Positions 1 to 15,460 of a DNA stretch of 64,000 bases are shown here, one piece after another. The position numbers were made by a program, and so were the translations under genes. This stretch comes from Octopus vulgaris (Eukaryota), in the NCBI GenBank assembly GCA_951406725.2, contig OX597832.1, positions 43,834,001-43,898,000 on the forward strand. The letters are read 5' to 3'. The notes under the pieces are model-generated. The model was given only the letters and a program-made list of their open reading frames with translations. It was not told the origin of the DNA and made no database searches. Numbering within the stretch: position 1 is the first letter of the stretch; each line of letters opens with the position of its first letter.

Positions 1-129
1 CAATTACTGCTACACACACATGCTACCGTACATACACATGCTATCATACACACACACACACACACTGACCATTTTCACACTCTCCTGTTCCAGAAAGCAC
101 TTTCTCTTCATTCCTTCTACTTCAAGTCA

Positions 130-335
130 CTTCGAAAATGTAATCACAAGTCTTTGTTGGCGACTTTTTTTCCTCCTTCATCTTGGACTTTCCTGTTTTT
201 CCTGTCTCCAGATGAAGAGCTATGCTTGAAATGTAAAACTACTACTCTTTTCCCTTATCTGAGTGTCTTATTAATACATTGCTTGAGCTACGTCCACATG
301 TTCATTTGTTTTTCTTTCCTTTTTTCTCTGTAATT

Positions 336-338
<3 letters not shown>
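130..338 (+). mobile_element. Penelope-like pseudo-LTR remnant with a degenerate hammerhead motif
   Basis: 209-239 reads CAGATGA-A-GAGC-TAT-GCTT-GAAA-TGTA-AAAC, a decayed CTGATGA...GAAACGTA core with a GAGC/GCTT stem II. The element ends at a (TA)n tract. Confidence 0.45.
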
Positions 339-392
<54 letters not shown>

Positions 393-436
393 TATATATA
401 TAGATGTATATATATATAGGTGTGTGTGTGTGTAGA

Positions 437-980
437 TGTAGTGTAGCTGTGAGAATATAATTAGGCTGGGCAAAGTTCAGAGAGCTCCTACCTCTGCTGG
501 CAACAAAGAGCCTCTTCCTCAGAGTGAAAGGAAGATTGTATGATGCCTGTATGTGAAGTGCTATGTCACACAACAGTGAAACATGGGCTGTGACAGCCGA
601 AGACATGCATAGGCTTGATAGAAATGAAATCAGTATGCTTTGTTGGTTGTGCTATGTCAGTGTGCATGTTTGACAGAGTGTAAGCATCTTGAGAGAAAAG
701 TTAGGCCTAAGAGGCATCAGATGTGGTGTACAAGAGGGGCAACTGCACTGGTATGGTCATGTGATGCATATGGAGGAGGACAGCTGTCCTCATCCATATG
801 CATCATATGACCATACCAGCTAACTGTGGAGGGAACCTGTGGAAGAGGTAGAACCAGGAAGACATGGGAAGAGGTGGTGAAGCATGATCTTTGAACTTTG
901 AGCCTCACAGAGGTAATGGCTAGTGACCGAGACTTGGTAATATGCTGTGCTTGAGAGGACCTGTCGAGCTAAGTGAAATC
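437..980 (+). mobile_element. RTE-clade LINE 3' fragment (decayed ORF)
   Basis: Translates with stops as GWAKFRELLPLLATKSLFLRVKGRLYDACM*SAMSHNSETWAVT...LREKLGLRGIRCGVQEGQLHWYGHVMHM...VEGTCGRGRTRKTWEEVVKHDL, a typical RTE C-terminus. Confidence 0.85.
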
Positions 981-987
981 ATAGCAT

Positions 988-1400
988 GCAGGAGTGGCTG
1001 TGTGGTAAGTAGCTTGTTTACCAACCACATGGTCTGGGTTCAGTCCCACTGCGTGGCACCTTGGGCAAGTGTCTTCTACTATAGCCTCGGGCCGACCAAA
1101 GCCTTGTGAGTGGATTTGGTAGACGGAAACTGAAAGAAGCCCGTCGTATATATGTATATATATATATATGTGTGTGTGTGTATGTTTGTGTGTCAGTGTT
1201 TGTCCCCCTAGCATTGCTTGACAACCGATGCTGGTGTGTTTATGTCCCCGTTACTTAGCGGTTCGGCAAAAGAGACCGATAGAATAAGTACTGGGCTTAC
1301 AAAAAAAAGAATAAGTCCCGGGGTCGAGTTGCTCGATTAAAGGCGATGCTCCAGCATGGCCACAGTCAAATGACTGAAACAAGTAAAAGAGTAAAAGAGT
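988..1400 (+). mobile_element. tRNA-derived SINE, family A (full length)
   Basis: A box TGGCTGTGTGG, B box GGGTTCAGTCCC, CORE-like CACCTTGGGCAAGTG, internal (TA)n(TG)n and a (GTAAAAGA)n tail. More than 15 copies occur in the window. Confidence 0.9.
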
Positions 1401-2192
1401 AACGCGTGTGTGTGTGTGTGTGTGTGTATTAGCTCACCAAGGTATCTTAAAAAAAAAACAGTTCTAAGCTTTAAAGCACCTGTATCGTTCTCAGAGATAA
1501 AACTGAAACTTATCTGAAGTATATATTTACAGTAAGGTGAACTGAGCCGTGGAGTAATGGGAATTAGCCAGGAATACGTTTATGTCTGCAAAACGTGATG
1601 GGATCAGTATGCCAAATCGATGGCTAGTAAACCGAAATCTTATCAATCCAATCAACTGAAACATACAAGACATGTGTGTGTGTGTGTGTGTGTATTCGTT
1701 TTGCTAGGTTTGGTGGTTAAATATCTAAGAAGAATTGCAACCAAGACATTCTGCCTGGTTCCAGTGGTCCAAAAAGACGATATTTCTTGTGCTCGTTGCC
1801 AAAATAGTTACGTCTGACCTTACCATGCAAGAGATGCACTGGCAGAGAGTCATAAAAGCACCAAGTCTCACTTCAGTACGCTTTCTTGAGTTCTATGAAA
1901 TGAGGTCCAAGATTTTCATTCTTAGTTTTTGATACCCATCACCAAAGTGTGTGTGTTTGTATGTGTGTATATATAATAAAACTTTCTTATGATGTAACAT
2001 AAAAAAGAAAACAAGGCCTTATTATTATTATTATTATTATTATTGTTATTATTATTATTACTATTATTATTACTATTATTACTATTATTATTATCATTAT
2101 CATCATCATCATCATCACCACCACCAGCACTAGCACCAGCACCACCACCATCATCATCATCATCATCATCATTATGCGTGTGTATATATGTA

Positions 2193-2545
2193 GGCGCAGG
2201 AGTGGCTGTGTGGTAAGTAGCTTGCTTACCAACCACATGGCTCCGGGTTCATTCCCACTGCATGGCACCTTGAGCAAGTGTCTTCTACTATAGCCTCGGG
2301 CCGACCAAAGCCTTGTGAGTGGATTTGGTAGACGGAAACTGAAAGAAGCCCATCGTATATATGTGTATATATATATGTATGCATGTGCATGTGTTTGTGT
2401 AACTTAGCAGTTCTGCAAAAGAGACCAATAGAATAAGCACTAGGCTTACAAAGAATAAGTCCTGGGGTGGATTTGCTCGACTAAAACGGCGATGCTCCAG
2501 CACGGCCGCAGCAATCAAATGACCAAAACAAGTATAGAAAAGAGA
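2193..2545 (+). mobile_element. SINE family A (internal deletion)
   Basis: Same head and tail as 988-1400. Confidence 0.88.
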
Positions 2546-2547
2546 GC

Positions 2548-2560
2548 ATTATTATCATCA

Positions 2561-2603
<43 letters not shown>

Positions 2604-2605
2604 CA

Positions 2606-2648
<43 letters not shown>

Positions 2649-2683
2649 TATTATTATCATTATTATTATTATTATTATTATTA

Positions 2684-2714
<31 letters not shown>

Positions 2715-2743
2715 CATTATTATTATTATTATTATTATCATCA

Positions 2744-2774
<31 letters not shown>

Positions 2775-2874
2775 TATTATTATCATTATTATCATTATTA
2801 TTATTATTATTATTATTATCATCATCATTATTATTATCATTATTATCATTATTATTATTATTATCATTATCATT

Positions 2875-2906
<32 letters not shown>

Positions 2907-2948
2907 CATCATCATTATTATTATCATTATTATCATTATTATTATTAT
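2548..2948. repeat. (ATT/ATC)n microsatellite
   Basis: About 400 bp of trinucleotide repeat. Confidence 0.95.
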
Positions 2949-3295
2949 GAAAAAAATCTATCGCTGATATTATATTGTTGTATGGTGAATTATGGGTCTA
3001 TATATTTTTCCTTTTACGAGCATTCACAAACAGCCTGTCAATACTTATGTCTTGTGTTGTGCGTAAATTTTATTGCTGGTGCTCTCTGAAAGCAACGGTT
3101 GTTTTTATTTATCCTTGCATGTCTACTCCTCTCTATCTTCTGAAAAATCCTCTCGCCACCCCACCAACTACTACCATATCCCGTTCCCCCCTCCTCCCTC
3201 TCATCCGCATCCCCCCCCTCGAGTATTGTTTATAATGTAAACCGCGCAACACTTTGAATATCTTTATGGAAGATTATCAAATAGAATTCGATGCC

Positions 3296-4920
<1,625 letters not shown>

Positions 4921-5235
4921 GAGAGAGAGAGAGAGAGGGAGAGAGTGGCGCAAAAGAGAGAGAAAGAGTAGAAAGGAAGAAGAGCTGCAGGATTTTGGGA
5001 CTATTTAGTCCTTTTTATTGCCATAATAAAATGTGTCAGAAGTTCTTTTGAAACGAAGGACATAATAGCGAAACAGTCGCAATTGTTTTGTTGTTTTTTT
5101 TTTCTTTATTTTTATGGTACATCACGATTGTTAAAGTGATATTATTCATACACGAGAACATTAACAAATAATGATATAATATAAATTTAAAAAACGAAAA
5201 CACAACAAAAAGATATTGTTGTTCCCATTGTGGAT

Positions 5236-6098
5236 AAAGCTATATAACTAACCCACAATTCTAATTTATTCATAATATTCCCCAACATTTAGTTTTGTGT
5301 TCATAATAACTGCTAGCTCTCTGGGTAAGTAGGTGGATTAAAGTTTAGAGCATTCTATACAAATGTGCTGACATTCTCTATGGCTATGTTATTGTTGTCA
5401 TCGCTGCCACCACCACCAATACCATCTCCACTACCACCACCACCACATCATCAACAGCAGCCGTTCAAGAATTTGGACCTGGAGATCACCATTTCCAGCG
5501 ACTTCAAGGGCCACCTCCCAGTGGTGTCGGGCATCAACGAAGAGCCCTTGACTACAACAAAACGATCAAAGCTATATAACTAACCCACAATTCTAATTTA
5601 TTCATAATATTCCCCAACATTTAGTTTTGTGTTCATAATAACTGCTAGCTCTCTGGGTAAGTAGGTGGATTAAAGTTTAGAGCATTCTATACAAATGTGC
5701 TGACATTCTCTATGGCTATGTTATTGTTGTCATCGCTGCCACCACCACCAATACCATCTCCACTACCACCACCACCACATCATCAACAGCAGCCGTTCAA
5801 GAATTTGGACCTGGAGATCACCATTTCCAGCGACTTCAAGGGCCACCTCCCAGTGGTGTCGGGCATCAACGAAGAGCCCTTGACTACAACAAAATGATCA
5901 AAGCTATATAACTAACCCACAATTCTAATTTATTCATAATATTCCCCAACATTTAGTTTTGTGTTCATAATAACTGCTAGCTCTCTGGGTAAGTAGGTGG
6001 ATTAAAGTTTAGAGTATTCTATACAAAATGTGCTGACATTCTCTATGGCTATGTTATCGTTGTCATCGTTGCCACTGCCGCCACCACCACCATCAACA
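5236..6098. repeat. Tandem duplication, 332-bp unit x ~2.6
   Basis: AAAGCTATATAACTAACCCAC recurs at 5236, 5568 and 5900. The first two units are nearly identical. Confidence 0.93.
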
Positions 6099-6470
6099 GC
6101 GGAGGCGTAATGGCCCAATGGTTAGGGCAGCGGACTCGTGGTAGGAGGATCGCGGTTTCAATTCCCAGACCGGGTGTTGTGTGTGTTTATTGAGCGAAAA
6201 CACCTAAAGCTCCACGATGCTCCGGCAGGGGGTGGTGGCGACCCCTGTTGGTACTCTTTCGCCCCAACTTTCTCTCACTCTTTGTTCCTGGTTCTTGTCC
6301 CCGACTTCCTATGCAACCGCTGAGCCTGGATGCGCATTCATCCATCGGTCGATGCTCTTGGTGTCGGGGGTTGACCTGCCTTCTCTTCTGCGGGTCTTTC
6401 GAATAGCAAAGGACCACGTTTCGGACTTCTCCCACTACAGACGAAGACCGTTTCGCTCAACAGCAACAGC
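6099..6470 (+). mobile_element. tRNA-derived SINE, family C
   Basis: tRNA-like head GGAGGCGTAATGGCCCAATGGTTAGGGCAGCGGACTCGTGG...GGTTTCAATTCC and a GC-rich body. A second, inverted copy is at 7212-7480. Confidence 0.85.
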
Positions 6471-7211
6471 AACCATCAACAGCATTTAATGTCCATTTTC
6501 TGTGCTGGCATGGGTTGGATAAGTTTGATAGGAACTGGCAAGGGCTGGGGATGCACCAGATTCCATAACCAGTTTTGGCTTGGTTGCTACGTTTGGAGGC
6601 CCTTCCTAATGCCAACCACTTTACAGAGTATACTGTAGAGAATTTGAATAAAGAATCATGAACTCCATTTTCTGTCTTTGATCTATTTATATAAACTCTA
6701 CGGACACCAAAGAATTCTTGAAGTAAATCCCATATGCATCAATACTGTTGATGATATCAGGTAGCAAGCTTTGCACAGAACCCTACAAGTTTTCTACCCA
6801 GGTACAATATATATATATATATATATATAGTCATAAAATACAGTGTATATTTAAACACATAAGGAATCCACTTGTGGGATTCAACATGCTAGAAAGAACA
6901 GCTAGCATTGCAAACCAAATGTCAATTCACTGTTTTCACAGAATGTATATCTGATGATTGATAATTGCAAGAAAAGCCTATCATTTCACAGGATTGCATA
7001 GAAAGAAGCATGACATGAGACAGAAGTAGATGAAAGAAAATCCTGTTTGAATCAATGGTGGCTGTGGTGGTGATCATGATGATGAAAATGGTGGTGGCAG
7101 TGGTGGTGGTGGTTGTGATGATAAGGTACTGGTAGAGTGGTGGCAGTAATGATGATGGTGGTGCGGAGACGGTGGTAATGGTGGTGATGGTGATGATGTT
7201 GCTGGTGGTGA

Positions 7212-7480
7212 TTGTTTGTTTGTTTGTTGAGTGAAGCGGTCTTCGTCCCATTAGTGGGAGAAGTCCGAAACGTGGTCCTTTGCTGTTCGTAAGACCCACA
7301 GTGAGAGAAAGTTGGAGTGAAAGAGTACAGCAGGGGTCGCCACCACCCACTGCCAGAGCCTCATGGAGCTTTAGGTGTTTTTGCTCAATAAACACACACA
7401 ACGCCCGGTCTGGGAATCGAAACCGTGATCCTCCAGCCACAAGTCCGCTGCCCTAACCACTGGGCCATTGTGCCTCCACT
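7212..7480 (-). mobile_element. SINE family C, internally deleted, inverted
   Basis: Reverse complement of 6099-6280 joined to 6390-6460, with a (CAAA)n tail. Confidence 0.85.
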
Positions 7481-7972
7481 GCTGGAGGCACTGATGGTGA
7501 TGGTGGTGATGTTGCTGATGGTACTGGTAATGATGTTGCTGGTGGTGATGGTGATGATGGTGATGATATTGTAGGTGCGGTGGCAGTGGTGGTGGTGGTA
7601 GTTGTAGTAGTAATAGTTCTGGTGATGATGTTGTAGGTGTGGTGGTGGTGGTGGTGGTAATAGTGGTGGAGGTAATGGTGGTAATGGAGTTGGTGTTGGT
7701 GGTAGTGTTGATAATGATATCGATTGAGTAGGTAAAGTTACTGACCAAATAAAAATGATATAAAAAACCCGAATATATTGAGTATAAGTAAAGACAAAGA
7801 CAGTTGGATTGGGTTGGTTCTAAACATCTTGTGATTTAATAGGAAAACAACAGCTGACGATGATGATGATGATGGTAATAATAATAAGAGCACCGACAGA
7901 GGTGATGGTGGGTGGGTGGGTGGGTGTTGTTAGTGGTCATTTTAATAGTGATGGGCTAGTGTGGTAAGAGCG

Positions 7973-8009
<37 letters not shown>

Positions 8010-8308
8010 CAAGTATTGGGGTTGGAAATGAATTCTGATAATAATTGCGATGTTGATGGCGGTGGTGGTGGTGGTGGCGGTGGCGGCGGTGGTGGTGGTA
8101 TCAGTGATGATGGTGGTTGTGAGAATGTGAAGAACGAAGCAGAGAGAGATAATTATGAGACAGATGAAGGTAATTATAGTTACGGTAGAGATGCGCAGTG
8201 GAAACAGTAGTAGTAGTAGTAGTGGTGGTGGTGGTGGTAGTAGTAGTGGTAGTGGTAGTAGTAGTAGTGGTAGTGGTGGTGGTGGTGGTGGTGGTGGTGG
8301 TAGTAGTT

Positions 8309-8348
<40 letters not shown>

Positions 8349-8578
8349 CAGCAGCAGCAGCAGCAGCAGTAGTAGTGGTGGTGGTGGTGGTGGTGGTGGT
8401 GGTGGTGGTGGTGGTGGTGGTAATGTTGATGCTGGTGATTATACTGAAATATGGTGGCAGTGGAATAATTGAAATAATTGGAATGGTGGCATTGACGATA
8501 ATGAGATGTTGGAAGAAACCTTGCTTGATAAATACATAATACAAGTAATAAGCCTCTCTCTCTCTCTCTCTCTTTTTT

Positions 8579-8626
<48 letters not shown>

Positions 8627-8707
8627 CACCCACACACACTCAAAACCAGTCCTCACTTAACGTCACTGATATGATCTGAAGAAGTGCAACTTTTGACTGG
8701 ATCTTTA

Positions 8708-9392
8708 CTGTTTGGCAGCCACTTTTCAATTTCTTCAATTTTTGTTCCAATTGATTTCATATTTGTTGTGTTGATGTAGTTTTGTATGGCAATCATTGAC
8801 ATAAAATTCATTTTCACCATAAATCAAATCAATAAATAAAGAATTAATAGCTTCCAAAGTTTGCAAATTTTGAGTAATTTTAGCCAATTGAAAGTCACAG
8901 ACATCTAAGTGCCTGTTTCCATAGTAATAAGCTGTTACCAAGCTGCTTAATCAAGTGGTCATTTTTTGCTTATTAAATGTGAGATGCTAAACATCATAGC
9001 TAAATAGGCCTTAAATCATACACCAAATTTTTTTTTGCATAACTGTATGGATTCTCATGTGTAGAATATAAATTCACAAAAATTTTCTGAAAATTCCCCA
9101 AAATAAAAAAGTTATGAAGGGTTATATGGCATGTGTAAAGCAGAATTTCACCAATATTTCATTTGTTTACAGTTGACAACATGTGTAGTCACACACAAAA
9201 TGCCAATTTCCAAAACCTGTTTTCTAACTGGGTAAAAATGATCAAATTTTAAACCTCTGTAACTTTTTTTCAACAATTTTTTCTGGAAAAAGTGAATGAA
9301 TCCCTGAGTTTCAGCATGGAAAATTATATCAATACACCAAATTTTAAAATTTTTTACTAAACTTTAAAATTTCCACAGGTGCAGCCAAACAG
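8708..9392. mobile_element. Putative non-autonomous DNA transposon (TIR-bounded)
   Basis: Ends read TA|CTGTTTGGCAGC ... GCAGCCAAACAG|TA, with an AT-rich non-coding interior. Confidence 0.5.
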
Positions 9393-9979
9393 TAAGATAC
9401 TTTGAACTGAAATGGCATCAAGTGCCGCCACCGCCACCACTACCACCACCACTGCCCACAAAAAAAAAATAAAATGCCTAGTTTTGAATCTGGCAAATTT
9501 CATAGTAGTTTGCCACACAGTCGCTTTGTTATATTTTTGTATGCTTGACTCACTCCACTTTTATCTTTCTAAACATTGGACAAAATGCTTAGCGGCATTT
9601 CTTCTTGCTCTCTATTACCTTCAGAGCTCAAATACAGCAGAAATTCACTCTGCTTTTCATCCTTTGAAGGTTGATAAAATAAGTACCAGTCAAGTACTGG
9701 TGTTGATATAATCAACTAACCCCAGTTTGCCTAAAATTGTTGGCCTTCTGCCAAAATTTGAGGCAATTTGTTAAAACATCTCAACATGTAATTTTCACTT
9801 AGTATCTTGTCCAAATAAACAGACAGCAGAAAGACAAACTGCTTCTGGAAAATAAGAAATAAAATAAAAAGTAATTTTGCGCTCAGTAGATCCAAGAAAG
9901 ATGAAATAGGCCGATCTGCAGAAGATATTTATCAATTTGAATCTGTTAAATACAATGTCATGCTTTAGCTTTCATTGTA

Positions 9980-10383
9980 TCTTTATATATAAAAGTGAAG
10001 TTGTGTGAGTGTCTGTCTCCTACGATTTAGATTCCTAACTACTCCCACATTTTGCGGTGCAGTTTAACCAAAACCGGGTATCTTATAGTCGTGATTCATA
10101 TCAAGCCCTTCTGGGTATTAGCGCACGTCTACGATGAGTCTACGATTTAAAAAAAATTTACCATCATTTTTTTCCATTTTAATGCATTTTTTTCGCTATT
10201 ATATAAGGGAAGTAACTCTCTAAAAATGTCTACGATGAGTCAACGATTTAAAAAAAAATTTACCATCATTTTTTTTTTTCATTTTTAATGCATTTTTTTG
10301 CTATTTTTTGGCTATAACTCTCTAAAAATGCTTATATAGATATTTCCCTTACAAACCCGAGCAACGCCGGGCGATACTGCTAG
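9980..10383 (+). mobile_element. Non-autonomous Helitron
   Basis: 5' end A|TCTTTATATATAAAAG. The 3' hairpin CCCGAGCAACGCCGGG lies about 10 nt before CTAG|T. Inserted between A and T with no TSD, and carries an internal ~100-bp tandem duplication. Confidence 0.85.
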
Positions 10384-10686
10384 TATTTTATAAATTTAAG
10401 TATTGTCGTACATCAAAACAGTTACAACACTATGAAGTAAGCAGACAGTCCACGGTCAGTGAATAAAGACAGTGTCTTGGATAAGATTCATGAAATAGAA
10501 GCAAAAAAGAAAAAGTATTGTTATCCATCCTTGTAGGTTTGTTTGTTTATATTTTACTGAAGTTGTCTTTTTAGGAATATGAAATTACTAGGAGTGGATT
10601 CCCAGTCCCTTTGCTCCTGCCCCTTTTAGTTAACTCATATGCTATGCAGGGAATATGGTGACTGCATTCTACCAGTCCCCCCCACC

Positions 10687-11712
10687 AGGGTGGATGAGGA
10701 GTGGATGGTAAGGAGGGTGATGAAGGCAGAGGTGGTAGGCGGCGAGCTGGCAGAAACATTAGCATGCCGGGCGAAATGCTTAGCAGTATTTCATCTGCCG
10801 CTACGTTCTGAATTCAAATTCCGCCGAGGTCAACTTTGCCTTTCATCCTTTCGGGGTCGATTAAATAAGTATCAGTTATGCACTGGGGTCGATGTAATCG
10901 ACTTAATCCGTTTGTCTGTCCTTGTTTGTCCCCTCTGTGTTAAGCCCCTTGTGGGTAGTAAAGAAATGGGTATTTCGTCTGTCTTTACACTCTGAGTTCA
11001 AATTCCGCCGAGGTCGACTTTGCCTTTCATCCTTTCGGGGTCGATTAAATAAATACCAGTTACGCACTGGGGTCGATGTAATCAACTTAATCCGTTTGTC
11101 TGTCCTTGTTTGTCCCCTCTGTGTTTAGCCCCTTGTGGTTAGTAAAGAAATAGGTATTTCATCTGTCTTTACGCTCTGAGTTCAAATTCCGCTGAGGTTG
11201 ACTTTGCCTTTCATCCTTTCGGGGTCAATTAAATAAGTACCAGTTACGCACTGGGGTCGATGTAAATGACTTAATCCGTTTGTCTGTCCTTGTTTGTCCC
11301 CTATGTGTGTAGCCCCTTGTGGGCAGTAAAGAAATAGGTAAGGAGAGTAATAAAGGCTGAAGTTGTAGGCAGCAGAACCAGAGGCAGACCTCAGTTTGCG
11401 TAGATGGATGGAGTGAGGAAAGCTTTGGAGGTTAGAGGTGTTGGAGTGAAAAAGGCAAGAAGGTTTGTAAATGATAGGAAAGCTTGGAGAGTGTTTGGGG
11501 ATGAATGAGTGAATTTGATGTTACTCAAAGGGGTATGGAGCCAGCATGATGTGGGTGGAGGCAAACCAGTATATGCTGTTGGGCCCCATTACTGATATTG
11601 GGGGTTGCGTTCTATGCCTTGACCCAAGCATAGGACGGGGTTTGCCTTATTGAGCTGGGAAATAAATGGAATGCCTGGTGTGTATCTTGTGGCTACCCCC
11701 TACTAAAAAAAA
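10687..11712 (+). mobile_element. RTE LINE 3' end interrupted by a SINE-B array
   Basis: RVDEEWMVRRVMKAEVVG lies left of the array. VRRVIKAEVVGSRTRGRPQFA*MDGVRKALEVRGVGVKKARRFVNDRKAWRVF lies right of it, followed by a 3' UTR. Confidence 0.75.
10738..11338 (+). mobile_element. SINE family B: one head + 3 tandem ~184-bp units
   Basis: Head GGCGGCGAGCTGGCAGAAAC, B box GAGTTCAAATTCC and conserved GCCTTTCATCCTTTCGGGGTCGAT. Units are joined at AAAGAAAT(A/G)GG|TATTTC. Confidence 0.9.
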
Positions 11713-12137
11713 ATGGAGAATAGGCCTGGATATATGTATGTATTTTACTAAATAAGAAAATGCAACAAGTTGAAGAAAGGAAGGTAAAATAAAAACAAAG
11801 AAAAATTCAGTTTATGAGGTGCACACTTTGCAAATCGTTACCACACAGCCACTCCTGAGCCTATATGTGTTTTTTTGTGTTTGTGTTTGTTCCCCACTAC
11901 AGTCACCATTGCTTGACAACCAGTGCTGGTTTATTTATGTCCCATAACTTGCTATTTGGCAAAAGAGCCTGTTAGAATAAGCACCAGACATACAAAATAG
12001 GGGGGGGGGGAAGCAATTTGTTCTACAAAAAAAAAGACAAAAAAAAAACAAGGAACCCTTCAAGATATGATGGTTCTCCCCCAGGATGGTCACAGTCCAA
12101 TGACTGAAAGAAACAAAAGATAAAAAAAAAAAAACAT

Positions 12138-12297
12138 AGGAGTGGCTGTGTGGTAAGTAGCTTGCTAACCAGCCACATGGTTCCAGGTTCAGTCCCACTG
12201 CGTGGCATCTTGGGCAAGTGTCTTCTACTATAGCCTCGGGCCGACCAAAGCCTTGTGAGTGGATTTGGTAGATGGAAACTGAAAGAAGCCTGTCGTA

Positions 12298-12344
<47 letters not shown>

Positions 12345-12567
12345 TTGTGTGTCTGTGTTTGTCCCCCTAGCATTGCTTGACAACCGATGCTGGTGTGTTT
12401 ACATCCCCGTTACTTAGCGGTTCAGCAAAAGTGACCGATAGAATAAGTACTGGGCTTACAAAAAAAAGAATAAGTCCCGGGGTCGAGTTGCTCGATTAAA
12501 GGCGGTGCTCCAGCATGACCGCAGTCAAATGACTGAAACGAGTAAAAGAGTAAAAGAGTAAAAGAGT
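12138..12567 (+). mobile_element. SINE family A
   Basis: Full-length match to 988-1400. Confidence 0.9.
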
Positions 12568-13252
12568 ATAGTCTCTCTCTCTCAATATCTGGTACAATAT
12601 GAATGTTATTGCTGAACTCTTTGGTTTCTCTGGTTATTCTTTGTGGGTGATGGAAAAAAAAAATTTGTGTTTGGGGCGGGGGGGGGTAAGAAAGGAAGGA
12701 AAACAGACACAGAAAAAACAAAAGAAAAAAAAATCTCTAAAATAAAATATATCGAGGGACATTGAGTCTCTGATTGTTTCTTTTGAAAAAAAAAAATACA
12801 ACAAAACACAACAAAACAAAACACAAACACATCAACATTAGCTTAGCTTTTATTCTTTAATATGTCGCTTGTTTTTGTATTAGATATTTGTAATATATAT
12901 ACGTATTTATTTATTTATTTATATGTTTATATTTATTATATATTCAATACTTTTTTTCCCTTTGTACATTTAGCTTTTTTGTTTGAAGATTTATTCATTG
13001 AATTTTTTTTTTTTTTGCTTTTTTTCTCTTATCTGTTTTTTTTTTTTATTTATCTGTTTTTCTTTTCTTTTCGTTTTTTGTTTTTGTTTTTGTTGGTGGT
13101 GGGGGTCGATTGGTCAGTCGAGGGGGTGGGGTGGGGTGTGAGTATTCTGCATTGAAGGCTGGCGGCGGATAACACTCCTCTTTTGGAGATATATATAATT
13201 TTTTTTTTGTTTTATAATAAACAGTAAATTTCTTTATTGCTTTCTGTACCCA

Positions 13253-14135
<883 letters not shown>

Positions 14136-14169
14136 AGTAATAATAATGATAGTAATAATAATAATAATA

Positions 14170-14244
<75 letters not shown>

Positions 14245-14475
14245 ACTATGATGATGATGATGATGATGATGATGATAATGACTATGATGGTGATGATGAT
14301 GATGGTGATAATGACTATGATGATGATGATGACAACGATGATGATGACAATAATGATGATGATGACGATAATAATGACGATGATGACGACGATGATGATG
14401 ATGATGATAATGATAATGGTGGTGGTGGTGGTGATGATGATGATGATGATAATAATAATAATAATAATGATAATA
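14136..14475. repeat. (GAT/AAT)n microsatellite
   Basis: Direct reading of the sequence. Confidence 0.95.
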
Positions 14476-14892
14476 GCAGCAAGAACAAGAGGAACAGAGA
14501 TAATAATTCTAATTTTGGTACAAGGTCAGCAATTACAGGGAAGTGGGTAAGTCGATTACAGTGACCCCCAGTGCTCAACTGGTACTTATTATACAAACCG
14601 TGAAAGGATAGGATAAAAGGCTAAGTCTACCTCCATGGAATTTGAACTCAGAATGTAAATCCAAAAGGAATGCCGCTGAGCATTCCAGTCTGGTGTGTTA
14701 ACAATTCTGCCAGACTGCCACCTTGTTGTTGATGATGATGATGATGAACACTAGCAAGCCTTTTAGGAAGGAGTTATATTTGTGAAAAAAAGATGGCTAA
14801 GAATATTTCTTCAATAATGATTTTTTTTTTAAGTTACAAGAAATAGATTACAATTTAAAATGTCCTAAGGCATATATATATATGCACACATA

Positions 14893-15460
14893 CAGCTGAT
14901 GTCTGAAAGTTTGTGCTGATTTTTAAAGGAAAGAAAAAAGTCAATAAATACTTGCCATTACATTTTTAATCAACCAAATATGAACCATTTTGTTGCACAA
15001 TGCGTCTCCATCTTTCCTTTAACTTGAAAATACCCTCTTCCCAGAATTGAGGTGGTTTCGTAGCAAAGAATACATCAAGGTATCTTTTTACGTCATCCAA
15101 GGAATTGAAATTTTTACCATTAAGACTATTCTGCAGAAACCTGAATAAGGGGGAATCTGAAGGAGCAATATCTGGTGAATATGGAGGGTGGGGTAACATA
15201 TCCCAGCTGAGCTGCAGCAATTTTTGCCTGGTTCCCAAAGCATCAAGTGCCGAAAATGAACTTTCTTATCTTCGATTTTAAAGGGTTACAGAATTAACAC
15301 AGGTTATAGGAACATAAACCTTCATCCATGAAAAGATAGCTTAAACTGTGCTCTAAATGGAGGTGTAGTCAAATCCTATTTTATGGACTCAACCATGTTC
15401 TAAAATAAGTCAAAATCTAAGCTATTATAAATTGGCACGAACTTTCCGGACAACCCAATA
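14893..15460 (-). mobile_element. Internally deleted mariner transposon
   Basis: TIR TA-TTGGGTTGTCCGGAAAGTTCGTGCC at the 15460 end, with a decayed counterpart near 14895-14922. The transposase N-terminus is fused to its C-terminus. Confidence 0.9.
14966..15276 (-). pseudogene. Mariner transposase remnant
   Basis: LPHPPYSPDIAPSD...LQNSLNGKNF...GIFKLKERWRRIVQQNGSY contains the mariner YSPDLAPSD motif. The N-terminal (I)EDKKVHFRHLMLWE has its ATG changed to ATC. Confidence 0.9.

Noticed and set aside
969-1224. Recurrent short ORFs such as LLSVSVYQIHSQGFGRP and RHLPKMPRSGTEP
   Set aside because: They are antisense readings of SINE family A and are not conserved as a frame between copies.
6390-6455. 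HDV- or hammerhead-like ribozyme in the SINE-C 3' hairpins
   Set aside because: Hairpins are present, but the required L3/P1.1 or CUGANGA core elements are not.
10575-10690. Possible HDV-like ribozyme or inverted RTE 5' UTR (minus strand CCCTGCATAGC...ACTAAAAGGGG)
   Set aside because: Too degenerate to build the nested pseudoknot. The resemblance is only impressionistic.
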